From NCBI GenBank assembly GCA_012838235.1, contig DUPQ01000071.1, forward strand, positions 33,653-97,652: a stretch of 64,000 bases of DNA, in the 5' to 3' direction. Under the pieces are notes generated by a model that was given only the letters and a program-made list of their open reading frames with translations, was not told the origin of the DNA and ran no database searches. The DNA comes from Clostridiaceae bacterium. GTDB lineage: Bacteria > Bacillota > Clostridia > DUPQ01. Positions 58,566-64,000 of this stretch are shown piece after piece; position 1 is the first letter of the stretch, and each line of letters begins with the position of its first letter. Both the position numbers and the translations under genes were made by a program.

Positions 58566-60047
58566 ATGATGATAAAGGTATTGGCATATGATTTCGGCGC
58601 AAGCAGCGGAAGAGCAATCTTAGGAGTATATGACGGAAAGAAGATACACATAGAAGAATTGCACAGGTTTTCCAATGATCCCGTGAATCTGAACGGTACC
58701 CTGTACTGGGATATTTTACGTCTTTTCCATGAAATGAAGGTAGGTCTTATTGAAGTAAAGAAAGCAGGACACGGTGATATAGAGAGTATCGGAATTGATA
58801 CGTGGGGGGTGGATTTCGGTCTTATTGATAAAGACGGAAGGCTTTTAGAAAATCCCGTACATTACAGAGATAAAAGAACCGACGGTATTATGGAGGAAGT
58901 GTGGGATAAGGTAGAAAAGCGACATCTTTACGAAAGAACGGGAACGCAGTTTATGCAATTCAATACACTTTATCAGTTGTATTCGTTGGTAAAAAAACGA
59001 CCGGAGTTGCTGAAAAGAGCGGACAGGCTTCTTTTCATGCCGGATTTGCTTTCATATTTTCTCACCGGCAAAAAAGTGGCGGAATTCTCCATGGCAAGCA
59101 CTGCACAGATGCTGAATACCCGTACCGGTGACTGGGATTACGAATTGCTGGAAAAACTGGGAATACCTGTAAGGATATTGGAAAAGGTAACAGACAGTGC
59201 AACAGTCATAGGAAAACTTTCAGAGCAGGTTTGTAATGAGACGGGACTGCAACCGATAACCGTTACCGCCGTAGCGGGACATGACACCGGGTCGGCCATG
59301 ATAGCTACTCCCGCAGACACCGATCTGTTTGCATTTCTTTCCTCGGGAACATGGTCCTTACTGGGTTCCGAACTGCCCAAGCCGATAGTGAATGATCTTT
59401 CATATAAACACGAGTATTCCAACGAAGGCGGAATAAACAGAACGGCAAGACTTATAAAAAACATTATGGGCTTATGGATATATCAGGAATGCAGAAGACA
59501 ATGGAATAAAGAAGGGAATCTTGCATCCTTTGACGAGCTGGAGGCGGCTGCACGGAAAGCAAAGCCTTTTGCATGCTTAATTGATGTGGACCATCAGGAC
59601 TTTTATCCCCCGGGAGATATGCCGGACAGAGTTGCGGATTTCTGCAGACGGACCGGTCAGTATGTTCCCAAGAACAAAGCCGAGATAGTACGATGTATAA
59701 TGGAAAGCCTGGCATTGAAATACCGTTATGCGTTTGACGGACTTTGCGAAATAGTGGGAAGCAGGATACCCAAACTTCATATGGTGGGAGGCGGCTGCAA
59801 GAATGCAATGATATCGCAATTTACGGCGGATGCTTTGGGTATAGAGGTTACGGCAGGTCCCGTTGAAGCAACGGCTGTCGGGAATATAGCGGCGCAACTT
59901 ATAGCTTTAGGCAAGATAAAAGACCTCAAGCAGGCTAGAATAATTATAAAAGAAAGTTTTGAAGTTAAGTCATATTTCCCCGAAAACAGAGAACTTTGGG
60001 AAGAAAAATATGACTATTACCTGAAAAACATATTGAACAAGGGCTAA
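58566..60047 (+). CDS. rhaB: Rhamnulokinase (FGGY kinase family)
   Basis: Extensive similarity to RhaB throughout (DFGASSGR; GIDTWGVDFGL; FNTLYQL; SSGTWSLLG; NEGG..R..KNIMGLW; HMVGGGCKNAMISQFTADALG). Confidence 0.85.
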   Translation: MMIKVLAYDFGASSGRAILGVYDGKKIHIEELHRFSNDPVNLNGTLYWDILRLFHEMKVGLIEVKKAGHGDIESIGIDTWGVDFGLIDKDGRLLENPVHYRDKRTDGIMEEVWDKVEKRHLYERTGTQFMQFNTLYQLYSLVKKRPELLKRADRLLFMPDLLSYFLTGKKVAEFSMASTAQMLNTRTGDWDYELLEKLGIPVRILEKVTDSATVIGKLSEQVCNETGLQPITVTAVAGHDTGSAMIATPADTDLFAFLSSGTWSLLGSELPKPIVNDLSYKHEYSNEGGINRTARLIKNIMGLWIYQECRRQWNKEGNLASFDELEAAARKAKPFACLIDVDHQDFYPPGDMPDRVADFCRRTGQYVPKNKAEIVRCIMESLALKYRYAFDGLCEIVGSRIPKLHMVGGGCKNAMISQFTADALGIEVTAGPVEATAVGNIAAQLIALGKIKDLKQARIIIKESFEVKSYFPENRELWEEKYDYYLKNILNKG

Positions 60048-60086
60048 AATAGATATACAATCAATAGAATCCCGTCAGTAAAAAAC

Positions 60087-61142
60087 ATGAAGGAGATTAT
60101 TATGTACGAAAAAAACATAAAAGAAATGATAGAAATGTCCCGTAAGGTGGGAAGTATGCCTGACTACACACAGGGAGGCGGCGGAAACACTTCGGTGAAA
60201 TTGGATGATGAACTTATGGCGGTAAAAGCATCCGGTTGCAGACTTTGCGACATAACCGCAACCGATGGTTATGTTGTGGTAGATTATAAATCCGTCCGTC
60301 ACTATTTTGACACCGTGAATCTAAGCGAAAAAAGGGATTTCTATAAAGAAAGTTCGCAGTTCGTTAAAGACAATATGGTAAAATTAGAAGGGCTCAATGA
60401 CGGAAGACCGTCGATAGAAGCGGGCTTCCATTCGCTTTTGGAAAAGTATGTTATCCATACCCATTCGGTTTACAGCAATCTTTTATGCTGTTCAAGGCAG
60501 GGAGAAAGCATAGCAAAGCAACTCTTTGAGAAATCACCTTACAGATACCTGTGGCTTCCGTACATTGCTCCGGGTTTTTATCTCACACTGGAAATACAAA
60601 AGAAGATAAAGACAATGGGATGTATTCCCTCCGTTATATTCATGGGAAGCCACGGAGTTATAATCACCGGCAAGACTATGGCCGAAGCGGAAAAGATAAA
60701 TGAATATGTTTCCGACAGAATAAAAGAAAGATTGAATATAACAAAACCGTACGGTAACGTAGCGGTAAAACAGTTATCCGAGGGGGTATACCAGTCGGAT
60801 ACACCGAGACTCATCTCCTATCTGAAAGGGAAAGATTATACCGATGAATGGTTTGATTCCAATATACTTTATCCCGATCAGGCGGCATACCTTTTGGGAG
60901 CAATAACTACAAGAGGTGAAGAGAAAAAAGCAAGAATAAACTTAAAAACCGGAATAACCCGGTACCATGTTTCATATAAAGAAGCACTTACTTTGGAAGA
61001 AAGCATCTGTGCATTTCTTTTCATAATGGACCAGGCTTGTAAGAATAACCTTGACATATATACCATGGAAGATGAGGATATAGCATTTATCATGGGCTGG
61101 GAAGGGGAAGCTTACAGAAAGGCAATGTTGAATAAGAAATAA
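60087..61142 (+). CDS. Class II aldolase/adducin-domain protein (rhamnulose-1-phosphate aldolase-like)
   Basis: GGGGNTSVK and HTHS metal-binding motifs of the class II aldolase fold. Directly downstream of rhaB. Confidence 0.6.
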   Translation: MKEIIMYEKNIKEMIEMSRKVGSMPDYTQGGGGNTSVKLDDELMAVKASGCRLCDITATDGYVVVDYKSVRHYFDTVNLSEKRDFYKESSQFVKDNMVKLEGLNDGRPSIEAGFHSLLEKYVIHTHSVYSNLLCCSRQGESIAKQLFEKSPYRYLWLPYIAPGFYLTLEIQKKIKTMGCIPSVIFMGSHGVIITGKTMAEAEKINEYVSDRIKERLNITKPYGNVAVKQLSEGVYQSDTPRLISYLKGKDYTDEWFDSNILYPDQAAYLLGAITTRGEEKKARINLKTGITRYHVSYKEALTLEESICAFLFIMDQACKNNLDIYTMEDEDIAFIMGWEGEAYRKAMLNKK

Positions 61143-61162
61143 GCGTAAGAGAGGACAATATT

Positions 61163-62380
61163 ATGGATTTTACAAACTACACTAAATACTATCCCGACAA
61201 AAACGGGCGATACGGTCAATACGGCGGAGCTTATCTGCCCCCGGAACTTATGGAAGCATTTAAGGAAATTGACCAGGCATATATGACGATAGCACACTCG
61301 GCATCGTTCATAAACGAATTAAGAAGAATAAGAAGAGAATTTCAGGGAAGACCCACACCGGTATATCATTGTGAAAGGCTTTCCAATAAACTGGGAAGAT
61401 GCCAGATATACTTAAAAAGAGAGGATCTTAATCACACAGGTGCTCATAAACTAAACCACTGCATGGGTGAAGGACTTTTAGCCAAATACATGGGTAAAAA
61501 GCGGTTGATAGCTGAAACCGGAGCGGGACAGCACGGAGTGGCACTTGCTACCGCTGCCGCCTTCTTCGGACTGGAATGTGAAATTCACATGGGTGAAGTG
61601 GATATAGCTAAGCAGGCTCCCAATGTAACCAGAATGAAAATTCTGGGTGCAAAAATAGTGCCGGTAACCCACGGACTGAAAACGCTTAAAGAAGCGGTAG
61701 ATTCCGCATTTGAATCGTATATGAAAAACTACAAAGATTCCATTTACTGCATAGGCTCGGTAGTAGGACCTCATCCTTTCCCTATGATGGTAAGGGATTT
61801 TCAGATGATTGTGGGAAGAGAAGCCAGGGAGCAGTATCTGGAAATGACAGGAGAACATCCCGACGAGGTTTGTGCATGTGTAGGCGGAGGAAGTAACTCT
61901 ATGGGAATGTTTACGGCATTCTTGAATGATCCCGTCAAAATAGTGGGCATAGAGCCTATGGGAAGAGGTCCCAAAGTGGGAGATAATGCCGCAAGTATAA
62001 CCTTCGGAAGCAAAGGAGTTTTACACGGTTTTGAAAGCCTTCTGTTGCAGGATGAAAAGGGAGAGGCGTTGCCGGTATATTCCATTGCAAGCGGACTGGA
62101 TTATCCTGCGGTAGGTCCGGAGCATGCCTTCTTGCATGATATGAAAAGAGTGGAGTATACTTCAGTGACCGATGACGAGGCGATAGAAGCATTCTTCATG
62201 CTTTCCAGGTATGAGGGAATTATACCCGCTTTGGAAAGTGCCCATGCCGTTGCATATGCAATTAAATCGGCAAGACAGAACTCCGCCAATTCCATACTTG
62301 TCAACTTGAGCGGCAGAGGAGATAAAGATATCGATTATGTTGTTGAACATTACGGAGTGGGAGATCAGTATAAGATTTAG
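61163..62380 (+). CDS. trpB: Tryptophan synthase beta-like PLP enzyme, TrpB2 type
   Basis: Typical TrpB N-terminal segment ([19 protein letters not shown]; [21 protein letters not shown]-lysine region). No trpA or other trp genes are adjacent. Confidence 0.85.
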   Translation: MDFTNYTKYYPDKNGRYGQYGGAYLPPELMEAFKEIDQAYMTIAHSASFINELRRIRREFQGRPTPVYHCERLSNKLGRCQIYLKREDLNHTGAHKLNHCMGEGLLAKYMGKKRLIAETGAGQHGVALATAAAFFGLECEIHMGEVDIAKQAPNVTRMKILGAKIVPVTHGLKTLKEAVDSAFESYMKNYKDSIYCIGSVVGPHPFPMMVRDFQMIVGREAREQYLEMTGEHPDEVCACVGGGSNSMGMFTAFLNDPVKIVGIEPMGRGPKVGDNAASITFGSKGVLHGFESLLLQDEKGEALPVYSIASGLDYPAVGPEHAFLHDMKRVEYTSVTDDEAIEAFFMLSRYEGIIPALESAHAVAYAIKSARQNSANSILVNLSGRGDKDIDYVVEHYGVGDQYKI

Positions 62381-62402
62381 GTCGGTGTGTAGTATAATAT
62401 AA

Positions 62403-62798
62403 GTGAGTATTAACGAAAGGAACACTGATATGAATCAACAAGAAACCGATAATGTAAACAAGGAGCAACAGGACAATTGCTTTGAGCCTGAATGTAAACC
62501 GAACAAATGGTATCACAGACGCGATGCCGCAACATTCCCCTATCCCGTACTTGCTACCATAGTATTTTTACTTATGGGCTTTATATGGGGCAAATGGCAT
62601 CCCGGTTGGATTGTTTTTCTGACCGTGCCGGTATACTATGCGGTGGTTAATGCTATTAAATTCCGCACTATATCCTTTTCACTCATCATAGTCCTGATAT
62701 ATCTGGCTATGGGATTTATATGGGATTTATGGCATCCGGGTTGGATAATATTCCTGGTTATACCTATAATTCACTGGTTTACCGGAAAAAAGAAATAA
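62403..62798 (+). CDS. Small membrane protein with internal tandem duplication (MGFIWxxWHPGWI(V/I)FL twice)
   Basis: Two ~40-aa TM-hairpin repeats sharing MGFIW..WHPGW. Acidic N-terminal tail. Confidence 0.4.
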   Translation: MSINERNTDMNQQETDNVNKEQQDNCFEPECKPNKWYHRRDAATFPYPVLATIVFLLMGFIWGKWHPGWIVFLTVPVYYAVVNAIKFRTISFSLIIVLIYLAMGFIWDLWHPGWIIFLVIPIIHWFTGKKK

Positions 62799-62881
62799 TA
62801 CAGGTTACTATATATTGCACAATCTGACATTGCCTTAAAAAGGCATAGTATAACAGTTATATAAAAATACGAGGTGAAAAA

Positions 62882-63787
62882 ATGTCGGTACGGATTGAGA
62901 AAGTCCCTTATGGCGGTTGGGATAATTGTTACAGAATATATAACGATGAAATTGAGTTGATAGTTACATCGGATGTCGGTCCGAGAATCATCCGGTACGG
63001 ATTTATAGGCAAAGAAAATGTCTTGTGTGAAAAAGCCGACCAGATGGGTAAGACCGGAGGAGATGAGTGGAGAATATACGGAGGACACAGGCTGTGGCAC
63101 AGTCCCGAAGATAAAGTGCGCACCTATTTTCCCGATAATGAAGCTGTGGATGTAAAGATAATACAAAACGGTATAAGGATATCGCAACCTGCGGAAACAA
63201 CCACAATGATAAAAAAGGATATGGAAATCACCGTAAAGGATAAAGGGACCGATGTATATATCAACCACATATTAACAAACTGTAATCTGTGGGATATAGA
63301 GCTTGCGGCATGGGCGCTGACTGTAGTTGCACCCGGAGGACTGGAAGTGGTACCGCAGGAAACACTGGATACCGGTCTTTTACCCAACAGAATGATATCT
63401 TTGTGGCCGTATACCGATATGAATGATAAAAGAGTGCGTTGGGGAAGTAAGTATATTTTCCTTGCACATGATTCAAAAGCAAAAAAGGCTTTTAAAATAG
63501 GCATATCCAATACCGACGGTTGGGCGGCATATTTCAACCGGAACAATATGTTTGTGAAAAAGTTTTCGCCTAAAGAAGACATGCTTTATCCCGATTACGG
63601 CGGATCCATGTATGAGACCTATACTTGCGATTTCATGACCGAGATGGAAACCCTTTCACCCCTTGTTCTGTTGGGTCCCAAAGAAAAAATTGAACACGAA
63701 GAATTGTGGCAGTTGTTTGACAACATTGCTCCTCCTAAAGACGAAAAAGAAATGGATAAAATAGCGAAAGAATATATTACCGGATGA
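62882..63787 (+). CDS. Hypothetical protein
   Basis: 301-aa ORF with good RBS (GAGGTGAAAAAATG). No recognisable domain. Confidence 0.4.
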   Translation: MSVRIEKVPYGGWDNCYRIYNDEIELIVTSDVGPRIIRYGFIGKENVLCEKADQMGKTGGDEWRIYGGHRLWHSPEDKVRTYFPDNEAVDVKIIQNGIRISQPAETTTMIKKDMEITVKDKGTDVYINHILTNCNLWDIELAAWALTVVAPGGLEVVPQETLDTGLLPNRMISLWPYTDMNDKRVRWGSKYIFLAHDSKAKKAFKIGISNTDGWAAYFNRNNMFVKKFSPKEDMLYPDYGGSMYETYTCDFMTEMETLSPLVLLGPKEKIEHEELWQLFDNIAPPKDEKEMDKIAKEYITG

Positions 63788-64000
63788 AAAAAGCGGCAGT
63801 TTTTTCCGATATACACGGCAATCTTGACATGCTTCAGAAAGCAATTGACATATGTAAAGCACAGGATGTCGAGCAATATATAGTGCTCGGAGATATGATT
63901 TCCGACGGTCCCGATTCGCAGGCAGTGTTGGATACCGTCATGAATCTTACCGAGCATGTTGTAAGAGGTAACCGGGAAGAATATATCTTGAATTATCATG
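63784..64000 (+). CDS. Metallophosphoesterase (calcineurin-like), 5' portion only
   Basis: N-terminal AVFSDIHGN...VLGDMISDGP motifs I and II of the metallophosphoesterase fold. Runs off the window end. Confidence 0.6.
   Translation, partial: MKKAAVFSDIHGNLDMLQKAIDICKAQDVEQYIVLGDMISDGPDSQAVLDTVMNLTEHVVRGNREEYILNYH

Overview
This window is a low-GC Firmicutes (Clostridia-like) chromosomal segment with plus-strand-biased gene order. It has three parts. (1) 1-9300 is a conserved housekeeping block: yceD fragment, rpmF, DUF512 radical-SAM/PDZ, der, plsY, lipoate-protein ligase, mrnC, rlmB, yacP, sigH, tRNA-Thr. A ~2 kb accessory islet is inserted in it, carrying a 23-bp tandem repeat, a DUF4143 AAA ATPase, MntA and a decayed HepT. 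(2) 9470-26400 is a standalone LytTR-domain regulator with an overlapping DUF3021 membrane-protein gene, which is an LRS-type pair comparable to HdrRM/BrsRM. Directly downstream are two tandem ~7.7 kb genes for ~2560-aa secreted proteins, each ending in three SLH domains. The paralogs are near-identical at their 5' ends and across the last ~2.1 kb plus terminator, but only ~55-60% identical across the central ~5 kb. Both promoters and the regulator's own promoter share a conserved 23-nt box. (3) 26400-64000 is a mixed accessory/metabolic region: MerR + ABC exporter, beta-helix GH28-like protein, YjbQ, XRE regulator, GT2 GtrB-like transferase, PHP phosphatases, TrkH/TrkA, a BspA-LRR lipoprotein next to a transposase remnant, two frameshifted lipoprotein genes, an E2-E3-fused-E1(alpha/beta) 2-oxoacid dehydrogenase operon with a 19-bp perfect palindrome upstream, DeoR, DUF2779, a Fic protein with a non-canonical motif, rhamnulokinase + class II aldolase, and TrpB2. 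No rRNA or CRISPR array is present. The one tRNA is tRNA-Thr(GGU).
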